A stretch of DNA of 64,000 nt from a virus (taxonomy: Duplodnaviria > Caudoviricetes), in the IMG/VR virus record IMGVR_UViG_3300028048_000063, positions 64,001 to 128,000 of that record, one strand, 5' to 3'. This document shows positions 8,595-18,745 of this stretch, one piece after another. The notes beneath the pieces were generated by a model. The model made no database searches, was not told the origin of the DNA, and worked only from the letters and a program-made list of their open reading frames with translations. Made by a program: the position numbers and the translations under genes. How positions within the stretch are numbered: the first letter of the stretch is position 1; each line of letters opens with the position of its first letter.

Positions 8595-10514
8595 TTAATT
8601 CTCCTTTATTTCTCTAGTTTCTAAGAAACCATTTTTTAATAATCTATTTGTTGTGCTACTAACTCTTATATATACTAACTGCCATCCATAGCATTGTTGT
8701 CCATTGTAACTTGGTATATATCCAGTTCCCCAGTACGAACAAATACCACAACCAAACCAGTTACCATTCGATGTATTAGCAAAGCACATTTTACAATTAC
8801 TTGCATTATACCAATACATACCAGCATAACTATTTGTTGTTGTTGCAGATATTCTAGTTACATTTGTTCCAACTTTTGCAGGATTAACATCGTCCCAAGT
8901 TGCATTAAATGGATTTTTATTTTGTTTCCATCTATATCGTTCAAAGCCTCCCCCAACACTAGTTTGGTGTTGAACCATAAACTCATACCAGCCACTTTCT
9001 GGTCTATTTACGACATTGATCAAACCAAAATTACTCCATTTATCTATTGCTTGCGAGTTTAATGTCGTAAAATCACCACTGTTACTAAACACACCATTTG
9101 CTACATTATGGATACAAATAGGTAGCCAAGTGGATCCATCTTCTAATGTAACAGTTTCATACAAACTTGATGTTTTGATAGACCCTGTCTTTAAAAAACT
9201 CGTTTTTGTTAAAGTGGTATCTTCTTCTACAATATTACAGTAAATACCCCCTTTATTGTCAACACTTTCTCTTACCTGGTATAAGGCTGTTATGTCTGTC
9301 TGCGCTAAAGCAGTTGCATAAACCCTAAGATCAGATACTTGCCCGTTAAACCAGTTAGCTCCACTACAACGTATACCGAGCCTCATTTCTCTTGATCCAA
9401 AATCAGATCCAAATGATCCACTTTGCGTTCCTTTAGATACTCCGTTTATATATAATGTTGCATTTGTAGATGTCATAGTAACTACTACATGATACCATGT
9501 ACCAGTAGTGAATCCACAAGTAGAGGCACTCCATGTGTAAGAGCCTCCAGCAGAACTATAACATTGTAATCCATATGTTGTACCGCCATACATTGGTTGT
9601 GTCCCTGTCTCCCCAGAAGGAGCTCTATTATCTATAATATGGTAAGAGCCAGTGCTCCCAAATTTTAGCCAGCAAGCATATGTCATTGCAGTTGTTAGTG
9701 GAATACTTCTATATACATAATTACTACTACCATTAAATGAAGCGCTTCTTCTTCCAATGTTTGTTGTTGTGCTGTAACTAACGCTACCTGATCCATTATG
9801 TCTAAGACCACTCGAATCGGTTAGATCTTCTGTATTAAAAGTATAATGTAATATTAATCCTCTAGCAAGTTCTTTTATTTCCTTTGTAGATAATGTATGA
9901 TTATATGCTCTTAAATCATTTATATAACCATTTAATTTATAGTTATCATAAACACCATTACCGCTAGCATTGGCGAAAGACCAACACCCAATCATAAAAT
10001 AGTCTGCAGGTGTAGACATGCCAGTATATGCATGTGATCCATCTAAATTACCGTTGACATATAACCTAATAGTACTGCCATCATATGTATAGCAAAGATG
10101 GTACCAAGTGTTCGCTTGTAATAAAGTAGAACCACAATAAGTATTATATGTTCTTGAGCTCCCGTTACCAGTATTTACACTCAAATAGCCAGTAGTAGAA
10201 GACACGTATTTAATTGTCATCCCCATACCTACATTACTTGGGTATCTGTGCTGCCCTGCAATAGATCCACCAAGAGAACTATCACTGCTCAAACTACTGA
10301 ACTTAACCCACGCACATATAGATTGATTTTGACCTAAAGTGACTGTATTGTTAGAAACATATCCACCACTAGAATAAGATGTGTTGCCATAACAACATAC
10401 TGTTACCTTACCCGCATTGGTTAAACTAGAACCACTTAAACTAGTAAAATTTAAATTTGAAGTTCCATAATTAATTATACTATTATTCAAGGGAAGCCAT
10501 ATTACTAAACTCAT
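8595..10514 (-). CDS. Tail fibre/receptor-binding protein with two LamG (ConA-like lectin) domains
   Basis: WYHLCYTYDGSTIRLYVNG and WYHVVVT..TLYING with G.I.DLR.Y motifs; start moved to ATG 10514 with an AGGAGG SD. Confidence 0.8.
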   Translation of the reverse strand: MSLVIWLPLNNSIINYGTSNLNFTSLSGSSLTNAGKVTVCCYGNTSYSSGGYVSNNTVTLGQNQSICAWVKFSSLSSDSSLGGSIAGQHRYPSNVGMGMTIKYVSSTTGYLSVNTGNGSSRTYNTYCGSTLLQANTWYHLCYTYDGSTIRLYVNGNLDGSHAYTGMSTPADYFMIGCWSFANASGNGVYDNYKLNGYINDLRAYNHTLSTKEIKELARGLILHYTFNTEDLTDSSGLRHNGSGSVSYSTTTNIGRRSASFNGSSNYVYRSIPLTTAMTYACWLKFGSTGSYHIIDNRAPSGETGTQPMYGGTTYGLQCYSSAGGSYTWSASTCGFTTGTWYHVVVTMTSTNATLYINGVSKGTQSGSFGSDFGSREMRLGIRCSGANWFNGQVSDLRVYATALAQTDITALYQVRESVDNKGGIYCNIVEEDTTLTKTSFLKTGSIKTSSLYETVTLEDGSTWLPICIHNVANGVFSNSGDFTTLNSQAIDKWSNFGLINVVNRPESGWYEFMVQHQTSVGGGFERYRWKQNKNPFNATWDDVNPAKVGTNVTRISATTTNSYAGMYWYNASNCKMCFANTSNGNWFGCGICSYWGTGYIPSYNGQQCYGWQLVYIRVSSTTNRLLKNGFLETREIKEN

Positions 10515-10524
10515 ATATACCTCC

Positions 10525-12111
10525 TTAGAATACAAAATCTATAGACTCAGTTGATGTATTATATTGCATTGTAGCTTTAGCTGTCCCCGAAGATGTAATT
10601 CTATACTTATCACTATCTAATTGTCCAGCTGCGCTTGATAAAACAACATAATTCGCACTTCTACCACCGGACGTACTAGAGTTTAAAGTAATTTTTCTAC
10701 TGCCACTTGTTGTAATGGCACTAGTACTATCTATCGATAACCCTGTTCCAGCAGTTGTGATAGTTACACTTGTAACAGTACCATTAGCATAATTATTTGG
10801 GTTACTTGCTAAATAATATTGACTATGAGTATGGTTCTTAGAAACAGCAACTCCATCAGTATCTGTTGCGCCATTCATGTCTCCAGTAGCTAGCTTAACA
10901 TGGCCGTAGTTAGCGGTTGTGCCAGCACCATAGGTGGTAGCAGAAGAAGCGTGTGAAGTAGGTGTTCTGCTATTACTTAATCTACTATCATTACCAACGC
11001 AAACTGAGGTCGCACTCGTTCCTGTAGGTACATATAAATCATTAACTCCTGTACCTGTACCTATTTTTAAACCAGAACTATAGCTTGGTGTGTGATAATA
11101 GTTTGTATCAACCCCTCCTGCTAATACTTCTGTCATAGTTTTGGTAGTGGTTCCATCAGTTAAACCTGCTGCTCGTAAATTACCAGCTAAATATTCATTT
11201 CCAGACCAATCTAATGTTCTTGCATTTGAACGAGCAGATGAAGTTCCATTACCAACTATTTCTACATAAGTATCAGCTGTATCTTCTATATTATACTTAC
11301 CACCTACATGCTGATATTGTGAAGATGCAACAGTGCTAAAACCTTCGGCATGAGAACCTTGGCCTGAAGCAATAGTACCAGAACCTTCAGCATGAGAATT
11401 AGGACCTGACGCGAAAGTATTATACCCTTCGGCGTGTGCTCCGCCATTTGATGCTATTGTACGATCACCTTCGGCGTGAGATAATCCATAGGCTGCGCCA
11501 TTACATATATATACTGTGGCACTTGATAGCGCAGAGCTAGACAGGGTTGATGACACAGTTATTGTAGTACCCGTACCAGAAACAGTGTTAACTCTTGCAA
11601 CTTTTTTATTTGTGCCACTCCCATATGATAATATCGTGCCAACTTTTGGTGCAACACCAGAAGCAATAGTATAGCTTGTAGTATTTGCATCTCCAGTGAG
11701 TTTAAATGTAGAACTAGTAGATTTACCATATCCTTCTGCATGGCCACCATCAAGAGCAGTTGTCCCCGTACCTTCAGCATGTGAGTAATTACCAAAAGCT
11801 CCTGTAATATATCCTTCTGCTAAAGAATAACTTCCGGCAGCAGTATTACTACTACCTAATGTTGTACTGTAACTACCAACAGTAGTCATCATAGCTCTAT
11901 TCATACTTAAACTACCAGTACCGATCGCATCAGCTTTATTCATTTTTGTGGATATATCTGGAATTTGGCTTGTTAAAGCAATCGTCGAATCTGCGGTTAA
12001 TGTAGGCAAAACCGCTTCATATCCGTTATTTTGCAATCTTTCTGGAATAATTTCGTAATCTGTTACTCCATCTGGATTTATTTTTTTAATTTTATTTGTA
12101 GGTAAAGCCAT
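10525..12111 (-). CDS. Tail fibre with YadA-head-like SHAEG repeats
   Basis: Multiple (S/A)HAEG repeats, VGNGTSSARSNARTLDWSGNEY, YGHVKL fibre motif. Confidence 0.75.
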   Translation of the reverse strand: MALPTNKIKKINPDGVTDYEIIPERLQNNGYEAVLPTLTADSTIALTSQIPDISTKMNKADAIGTGSLSMNRAMMTTVGSYSTTLGSSNTAAGSYSLAEGYITGAFGNYSHAEGTGTTALDGGHAEGYGKSTSSTFKLTGDANTTSYTIASGVAPKVGTILSYGSGTNKKVARVNTVSGTGTTITVSSTLSSSALSSATVYICNGAAYGLSHAEGDRTIASNGGAHAEGYNTFASGPNSHAEGSGTIASGQGSHAEGFSTVASSQYQHVGGKYNIEDTADTYVEIVGNGTSSARSNARTLDWSGNEYLAGNLRAAGLTDGTTTKTMTEVLAGGVDTNYYHTPSYSSGLKIGTGTGVNDLYVPTGTSATSVCVGNDSRLSNSRTPTSHASSATTYGAGTTANYGHVKLATGDMNGATDTDGVAVSKNHTHSQYYLASNPNNYANGTVTSVTITTAGTGLSIDSTSAITTSGSRKITLNSSTSGGRSANYVVLSSAAGQLDSDKYRITSSGTAKATMQYNTSTESIDFVF

Positions 12112-12126
12112 AAATCTCCCTCCTTA

Positions 12127-12348
12127 TTAAAGCATTAAAGTATCTTCGACAACTTCTCCTTTAATTAAAAAAGGAAGATCGTTTACCGTATGTATACCAT
12201 CACCAAGTTTTATTTTTGGCGAATTATTTTCGAAATCATAAACTATTATTGTAAAAATATTTGGGATATAATTTACCGCCTTTTCCCAATTTTGAGGCGT
12301 GTCCACCTTTACGATGGCGTTTGATTTTTCCATAATTTTCTCCTCCAT
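12127..12348 (-). CDS. Small fibre-associated protein (hyaluronidase/Mtd N-terminal-like)
   Basis: KIKLGDGIHTVNDLPF motif. Confidence 0.6.
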   Translation of the reverse strand: MEEKIMEKSNAIVKVDTPQNWEKAVNYIPNIFTIIVYDFENNSPKIKLGDGIHTVNDLPFLIKGEVVEDTLML

Positions 12349-12387
12349 TTCAAGATATAACGCTTATCTTTTCAAAGCGTGCAAGAT

Positions 12388-12415
12388 AAGAGGAGCCATT
12401 TCTGACTCCTCTTTT
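12388..12415 (-). terminator. Hairpin / possible terminator
   Basis: AAGAGGAGTCA-GAAA-TGGCTCCTCTT on the minus strand. Confidence 0.45.
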
Positions 12416-12423
12416 TAAATTGT

Positions 12424-13497
12424 TTAAGAAACTGTAACTTCGACAGTTTTGCTTGTCTTTGTTAATGATACAGTACCTGTAGCTGTACCAGTTGAATCAA
12501 TTGTAGCTTCAGTACCAGTGAATGTAGCTGAGTTAACTGTAGCTTTATCATATGTAACGCCTGTGATAAGTGCGTTTGTAGCTTTTGTACCAGTGAATTC
12601 TGGTGTACTTGCAGAAGCAGAAACTCCTGTGAGAACAGTCTTTTTCTCAAAGGTTGGTAAAGTAACAGCTGTTGGTGTGTTTGCTGTAAATGTATCTGCA
12701 CCGTGAGTTGCAGGTGTAAAGCTATCTGTGCCTTGTGTGAATGATCCTGCTGAGAAACTGAAAGTTAGAACTTCATTAGTTACAGTTGCTGACCATGTTG
12801 GTGCAACAAAACTATCGTCTCCTTGTTTGAATGATCCACCACTAAAGCTTCCTCTTGTGAAGCTTGCAGCTGTACCTGCTGTAACTGATCCAGTGGTTTT
12901 CTCACTATAAACATCTGTTGATGTTGGATCTACTGTTATAGTTGGTGCTGAAACACTACCTGCTGGTGTATAATCTGCTTTGGTTAAATTTGCAGCAGTT
13001 GCTGTTTGTGTCAATGTAACTGCGACACTACCTGCTGGTGTATATGTAGCACTAACACTAGCTGCACCGTTTGTAAAGCTTGCACTATCTGCTGTCGTTA
13101 CAGATCCACTACCAGAAGCAGTATCTTTATATGCTAAATCACCAAGGTTGCTAATATCTGCATCAGTATCACCAAGTTTTTCCCAAATCCAAGCTGGTGT
13201 AGCTGTACTACCTTCATTAACTGGGATATACTCATCGTATATATCCTTAGGTAAAGTTTGCTTTGATGGCACTAAATAAATATTTGATTTATCTGCATCT
13301 ACAGCTGCTAAAGTACCAGTAATTTCTGTAGAACCGTCCATCCACTTTACACCAACTGGTGTGTCAGCAGCAGATGTACATTTGTGGAATGTAACACCTT
13401 GAAGTTGCTCTATCATATTTCTGGCTTCAGCGTCTTTAATAACATAAGTAGTGTTATCACCAGGCAACTTTACTTGTGAAATATAAGTATTTGGCAT
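12424..13497 (-). CDS. Virion fibre/decoration protein (Thr/Ser/Ala-rich, YTPAGSV repeats)
   Basis: WEKLG, LGDLAYKD and repeated YTPAG/FTGT motifs typical of phage fibre proteins. Confidence 0.6.
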   Translation of the reverse strand: MPNTYISQVKLPGDNTTYVIKDAEARNMIEQLQGVTFHKCTSAADTPVGVKWMDGSTEITGTLAAVDADKSNIYLVPSKQTLPKDIYDEYIPVNEGSTATPAWIWEKLGDTDADISNLGDLAYKDTASGSGSVTTADSASFTNGAASVSATYTPAGSVAVTLTQTATAANLTKADYTPAGSVSAPTITVDPTSTDVYSEKTTGSVTAGTAASFTRGSFSGGSFKQGDDSFVAPTWSATVTNEVLTFSFSAGSFTQGTDSFTPATHGADTFTANTPTAVTLPTFEKKTVLTGVSASASTPEFTGTKATNALITGVTYDKATVNSATFTGTEATIDSTGTATGTVSLTKTSKTVEVTVS

Positions 13498-13549
13498 TTT
13501 GCCCTCCTTTAAAGATTTTTAATCCTAAATAAAATTATAGTTTTATATA

Positions 13550-14005
13550 TTAATTAACTGAGAAGATCAAAACCTCATTTGATCTACTACAACTAACTTT
13601 ATTATTCCAACGGTCACGTTCCCCATCTTGGATATGAACATTGGTATTATTTATATGTTGTTCTAATGCAGGATCAATTATCACACTATATTGATAAGCT
13701 TTCGTTGCAATAGTAACATTAATAATTTGTGTATTACCTTGATATAAGATATCTGTTACATATCTTCTTATGGTATTATCTTTATAAGCTAGTTTATAAT
13801 AACAATTATTATATATAATCTGGCTTAATGTGCTTTTTCTTAAGTTTTCGAACGTCTCGTCATCAAACACTCCAGAAGCTTCCGTAATAGTGACGTCTGA
13901 TGCAGCGATCGGTCCGATTTCTTGTTCGATTTGGTCTATTCGTTTATTGGCTGCTTCAACTTGTTGAATACTATTCGCAGCCATTCCTCTCGCTAAAACA
14001 TCCAT
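13550..14005 (-). CDS. Tail-associated hypothetical protein
   Basis: N-terminal MDVLARGMA; C-terminal HINNTNVHI..ERDRWN motif seen in phage fibre proteins. Confidence 0.55.
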   Translation of the reverse strand: MDVLARGMAANSIQQVEAANKRIDQIEQEIGPIAASDVTITEASGVFDDETFENLRKSTLSQIIYNNCYYKLAYKDNTIRRYVTDILYQGNTQIINVTIATKAYQYSVIIDPALEQHINNTNVHIQDGERDRWNNKVSCSRSNEVLIFSVN

Positions 14006-14055
14006 AAAATAACTCCTTTAATGAGAGAGGTATTCCCCCTCTCATTTATGTTTGA

Positions 14056-17000
14056 TTAATTATATTTTCTTAAATAACTTGTTGAGAAATATACCATACT
14101 TGACGAACTTATAGTTGTACTTGCTAGGAAATAAAGCCATTGACCATCATGGAATATATATCCTACAGGATCGTTTGTTGTAAAATTATATGCTGTACAA
14201 AGATAATCGGTATCGGTCTTAATTTGTGATCCCCAATTAGCAAGGATTTGAATTGACTTATTGGAGTCATATATTGGTATATCCGCACCAGATCCAGCAT
14301 ATACATATGCAATATGATATGTAGTGCCAGCTGTTATATTAGAAGCAGTAAAACGTCCAGTTAAGTGAATAGAGTCATTTGCTCGCGCGAAGCGAAGTGT
14401 GCAATCACTTGAATGAGAATCCCCATTGTAATCTTGCAATTCGCCTGTGCTTACAAAATTTATACCATTAACTGGTGCATATGGAGTTGGTGTATTGGTT
14501 AAATCATTATAATTACCTGTCTTTGCAACAGTTGCTAATTGCTCATCTGTTGTTAGTGTACCATTTGTTGATGGTAAATTTACTGTAATATCACTATTTG
14601 ATTGATTTACTAAAGTCGTATGATTAATTTTCATACTACCTGTAATATATTCATTACCAGACCAATCTAATGTACGAGCATTAGATCTTGCGGAACTTGT
14701 ACCATTACCAACAATTTCAATATAATTACCATATCCAGTACCTCTCGATAATGGATCTGTTGTTACGTCTGATATGTTGTATTCTCCAAAAACATGTTGA
14801 GAAACAGCTTTTGCCTCATTATGCTTACCTTCTACATGGGACGCTTCTCCAGAAGCAATGTTGTTTTCGCCTTCTACATGAGAAGCTTTACCAGAAGCTT
14901 CATGCTGTAATACGCAACCCAACCACTGACTGCTAGAGTAAGCTTCATTAAGTCTCCATCCTGCTTGAAATTCATCTGCACTTGCGATTGTTATGGAATT
15001 TGATGTTTTGCTTTCAACGTAGAATAGAGGACAAATATCAGAACTATTTCTATATGTTGGTACTATAAATTTGGTTCCAACATCCAATATAGTTAAATCT
15101 GAAGATGAAACATTGAATGTAGCACCTGTTTTTGTAACTTGCATACTAAATTGATCAACAGACATACCTTCGCTATGAGAACATTCTCCAGATGCGATAG
15201 AATATCCGCCTTCTGAATGAGATCCTATTCCCTTAGCGATGGTGTTTTGACCTTCGCTGTGAGAATAATTTCCAGAACTTAATCCATAATATCCTTCTGT
15301 GTGAGAAGCTAGACCAACACTATTTGTATATTGTCCTTCTGCATGAGAGTCAGCGCCGACCGCTTTTGTTTGTTCTCCCTCACTATGTGAGTCGCTGCCT
15401 ATAGCAATTGTTTTATATCCTTCTGCATGAGAATAACTTCCAGATGCCCCAGAGCATCCCTCTGAGAACCCATATGCCCCAGCTGTAGATTTAAAATAAT
15501 GTACGTTTTGAGGATTTGTTCCTAAAGTTTTATCAACAGTAACTGTAACTTCAGCATACCATCCCATTGATTGAGATGTTCTTGTTAATACTTTAGCATA
15601 GTCGCCAGTATCTTTGACATATAAATAATCTCCTACTGCTACGTCAGAAATAGGATTGCTGTATGATGCGGTGATAACATAAGTTGTACCAGAACCGCTT
15701 AAACTACCATAGCTGTCATCGTCTGCTGGTATTAAGTTAGGACCAACGGATATACTGCCATCACCAAGAGTTATAGAAGCTTTTGTTAATGCAATAGAGT
15801 CTTTACCAACGCTTTTGCCTTGATTTAATATTATTAAACTATATCTGTTATTTTCATATTTATAAATATTATTATCGTGTTTATAATATTTTCCATCTTC
15901 TGGCTGTGGACTATAACTTATAGTAGCCGTTCCTACGAAATTACCATTCCAGTCAGGACTTGTTGTCACAATAGAAGCACCATCGACTGTATAATAATAG
16001 CTTGATGAATCAGTTGGTAAATAGAAATCTCCATGAACGTCTACATTGGACTGGAATCCGCCAGAGTTACTATTATATATTGTGAAACCTTGATATGGAG
16101 TACGTATCATAAATTTGTAAGCATCATTATCGTACTGATCAAATATTGCTTCAAAAGTAAGATGTTCGTTTGGGTTGGTGGACATCTCTGCGCTCATTAA
16201 TACTACAGAATAATTGCTACTGTCCACAGTATTTTCTAGCATTTCTAACAATTCTGCTGCTTTTGATCTATCAAAATGTATCGCATCGCCTTGATGAATT
16301 TGTTCTTGGTCTGTATATGCATGTATTGTATACACAGTCTCTTGATTTATGATCGGTTTATTGTCTAAATCATCATAATCTGTAACACCCTCGATTTGGA
16401 TATTTCCGGACCCTAAAATAGATTCATTATTAATAGTTTTAATATTGGTACCTGAAACTAATGTGTCCTGTTTTCCAGATAAATCTTGTTGCGTTGCAAC
16501 CACAGATGTGTCGATAGAAAATTCATCTCCACTTAAAGATAAGCCATTGCCAGCGGCGTATGTTGAATCTGTCGCAGAAATTACATTATTATTAATCTCA
16601 ATATTATTACCAGCAGTTAACACATCCTGTTTACCTGTTAAATCGTTTTGTGTAGCTACAACTGTAGTATCTATATTAAATTCTGTGCCTTTTAGTGATA
16701 AACCAGTACCTGCTGTATATGTTGTATCTGTGGCTGAAATCTCATTATTACTATCTATAGTAATATTTGCGCCTGCTGTTAATACATCTTGCTTGCCTTG
16801 TAAATCAGATTGAGTTGCAATAACTGAAGTATCAACACTAAATTCTGTACCATCGAGTGACAAACCAGTCCCTGCTGTATAAGTTGTATCTGCAGCTGAA
16901 ATTCTACCACTATTACTAATAGTAATATTATTTCCGGCTATTAATGGTATTTGCCATGATTTCCAACCACTTACATCATTACCATTATTCCAATATGTAT

Positions 17001-17496
17001 ATTCCCAATGATATGGTGCTACACTTCCTGACGTTAAAGTTAATCTAATAACTTTGTTTCCAGCTGTTGTTGCAATAATATCTACGACAACATCTGCATT
17101 CATTAATCCTATAGCTGGAAAATCACTAAATGTAACACCGCCGAGATAAGCCATACCTACAACAGCACTTACATCAGCATTAACATCATCACAAAATTCT
17201 TTTGTAGTTCCGTTGGTTTTCCAATTTGGATTGAATGTTTGATATGTAGTAACCGATAAATCTCCAGAACCAAGTACAGATTCTCCATTAATGGTTTTAA
17301 TATTCTCACCGCTTACTAACTCGTCTTGTTTTCCAGATATCTCTGATATTTCACTCATGATACTAGGATCAAGTTTAGTATCGGTAACTGCGCCATCAGC
17401 TATTTTACTAGTAGTAACAGCACCATTATTAAGATGTTCAGAATCTATATATTGTTCTGCACCAATTTCTTGGTTACCATAATAAATTTTTGCCAT
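14056..17496 (-). CDS. Long tail fibre/adhesin (1146 aa)
   Basis: GKQD.L.AG.NI...ISATDTTYTAG repeats, SHAEG/SHSEG YadA-head-like repeats, LATVAKTGNYNDL. Confidence 0.8.
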   Translation of the reverse strand: MAKIYYGNQEIGAEQYIDSEHLNNGAVTTSKIADGAVTDTKLDPSIMSEISEISGKQDELVSGENIKTINGESVLGSGDLSVTTYQTFNPNWKTNGTTKEFCDDVNADVSAVVGMAYLGGVTFSDFPAIGLMNADVVVDIIATTAGNKVIRLTLTSGSVAPYHWEYTYWNNGNDVSGWKSWQIPLIAGNNITISNSGRISAADTTYTAGTGLSLDGTEFSVDTSVIATQSDLQGKQDVLTAGANITIDSNNEISATDTTYTAGTGLSLKGTEFNIDTTVVATQNDLTGKQDVLTAGNNIEINNNVISATDSTYAAGNGLSLSGDEFSIDTSVVATQQDLSGKQDTLVSGTNIKTINNESILGSGNIQIEGVTDYDDLDNKPIINQETVYTIHAYTDQEQIHQGDAIHFDRSKAAELLEMLENTVDSSNYSVVLMSAEMSTNPNEHLTFEAIFDQYDNDAYKFMIRTPYQGFTIYNSNSGGFQSNVDVHGDFYLPTDSSSYYYTVDGASIVTTSPDWNGNFVGTATISYSPQPEDGKYYKHDNNIYKYENNRYSLIILNQGKSVGKDSIALTKASITLGDGSISVGPNLIPADDDSYGSLSGSGTTYVITASYSNPISDVAVGDYLYVKDTGDYAKVLTRTSQSMGWYAEVTVTVDKTLGTNPQNVHYFKSTAGAYGFSEGCSGASGSYSHAEGYKTIAIGSDSHSEGEQTKAVGADSHAEGQYTNSVGLASHTEGYYGLSSGNYSHSEGQNTIAKGIGSHSEGGYSIASGECSHSEGMSVDQFSMQVTKTGATFNVSSSDLTILDVGTKFIVPTYRNSSDICPLFYVESKTSNSITIASADEFQAGWRLNEAYSSSQWLGCVLQHEASGKASHVEGENNIASGEASHVEGKHNEAKAVSQHVFGEYNISDVTTDPLSRGTGYGNYIEIVGNGTSSARSNARTLDWSGNEYITGSMKINHTTLVNQSNSDITVNLPSTNGTLTTDEQLATVAKTGNYNDLTNTPTPYAPVNGINFVSTGELQDYNGDSHSSDCTLRFARANDSIHLTGRFTASNITAGTTYHIAYVYAGSGADIPIYDSNKSIQILANWGSQIKTDTDYLCTAYNFTTNDPVGYIFHDGQWLYFLASTTISSSSMVYFSTSYLRKYN

Positions 17497-17524
17497 GTAT
17501 TTTAACCTCCTTTTAAGATTTTAA

Positions 17525-17629
17525 AATTTTTTACTCCTTGTTAAAAATAAACATAAACTTAATAACAAGGAGTAAAAAATTCCAAGTTATAAGTTTGTAA
17601 ACGAGGAGAGGCGGAGAGACCTCTCCTCG
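17525..17629 (-). promoter_or_regulatory. Structured leader element upstream of the 1146-aa fibre gene
   Basis: GC hairpin at 17602-17629, then a 19-bp stem at 17525-17581 whose loop carries TAAGTTTATGTTTATT (identical 16-mer at 38596-38611). Confidence 0.5.
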
Positions 17630-17658
17630 CACTTATTTAGTTGTATAAAAGATCTATT

Positions 17659-17868
17659 TTATTTAATCTTAGGAAAATGTGGGAAGATAGATTTCTTCTC
17701 TGCTTCGACATCTGTAATTTCATATAAATCCTCAGAATAATCGCCAAAGACACAATTAACTAATTCATTATTTTTTAGATCTTTAAATTTGTAATATTTG
17801 TTTGTTTCATTGTCATAACATTTTGTAAGTGTGACCTTAAAAATTTTATCTTTTACTATTCTTTTCAT
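17659..17868 (-). CDS. Hypothetical protein (69 aa)
   Basis: ORF with GAGG SD, in operon. Confidence 0.6.
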   Translation of the reverse strand: MKRIVKDKIFKVTLTKCYDNETNKYYKFKDLKNNELVNCVFGDYSEDLYEITDVEAEKKSIFPHFPKIK

Positions 17869-17880
17869 ATATCCACCTCA

Positions 17881-18744
17881 TTATAAAGTTATATCGCCAT
17901 CACTGCAATGAATTGTTGTAAGCACACTTGGGTCACACCAGTCAGTGCCAAAAGTAATATTTCCCCATTCAGCCATTGTTCCTGTGTAGGTTAAACTTGA
18001 TAAATTTGAACAGCCAGAGAATGCATTCCAGCCAATAGATGTTACACTGTTTGGTATACGTACATATGACAAATAGCTACAACTATCAAAACTCCAGTCC
18101 TCTATTCCTGTTATATTATCTGGGAGCACGATAGTATCCAAAGCGCTACAGGCTTGAAACATACTACTACTAATTTTAGGTATTGTACACTTATCCATGT
18201 ATACGTTTGTTAAATTGGTACATCCTTGAAATATATGAGTACCAAATTGCCCATTTTGAATTACACAGGCTCCAAAGTCAACACTTTGTAAATTAGGACA
18301 ATTTTGAAAAGCGTATGATCCTATACTTTCAATACTATCTGGAATAGTAATACTAGTAAAATTAGTTCTGTTTTTAGCAGCTGCCATTTCAATTCTACGA
18401 CATTCACTACGTATTGTTTCTGTATTTAAATTTAATAAAGTATAATAACTATTTCCTTCTGCAGGCATATACATATTTACATTGCCCCAGCTTCCAACTA
18501 AATTTGGGGCTACATTAACAGAAACCTCGCTATATCCAGCACAAGAATCGCTGCTGGCATAATATGTCCCATTCTCTGATATAGATTTAGTATAAATTGG
18601 TACATTTACATATACGGAATTATATCCATCATATCCGCTACCTTCTGGTGTATATGTGTGTTCATTTTCTGTGGCGTTTAAATCTGTTAATTTGGCCCCG
18701 CCACCTGTTACAATCATAGGATTTTTAACTAATACATTACTCAT
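17881..18744 (-). CDS. BspA-type leucine-rich-repeat protein (LRR_5)
   Basis: Repeats ITIPDSIESIGSYAFQNCPNL and RIPNSVTSIGWNAFSGCSNL. Confidence 0.85.
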   Translation of the reverse strand: MSNVLVKNPMIVTGGGAKLTDLNATENEHTYTPEGSGYDGYNSVYVNVPIYTKSISENGTYYASSDSCAGYSEVSVNVAPNLVGSWGNVNMYMPAEGNSYYTLLNLNTETIRSECRRIEMAAAKNRTNFTSITIPDSIESIGSYAFQNCPNLQSVDFGACVIQNGQFGTHIFQGCTNLTNVYMDKCTIPKISSSMFQACSALDTIVLPDNITGIEDWSFDSCSYLSYVRIPNSVTSIGWNAFSGCSNLSSLTYTGTMAEWGNITFGTDWCDPSVLTTIHCSDGDITL

Positions 18745-18745
18745 A

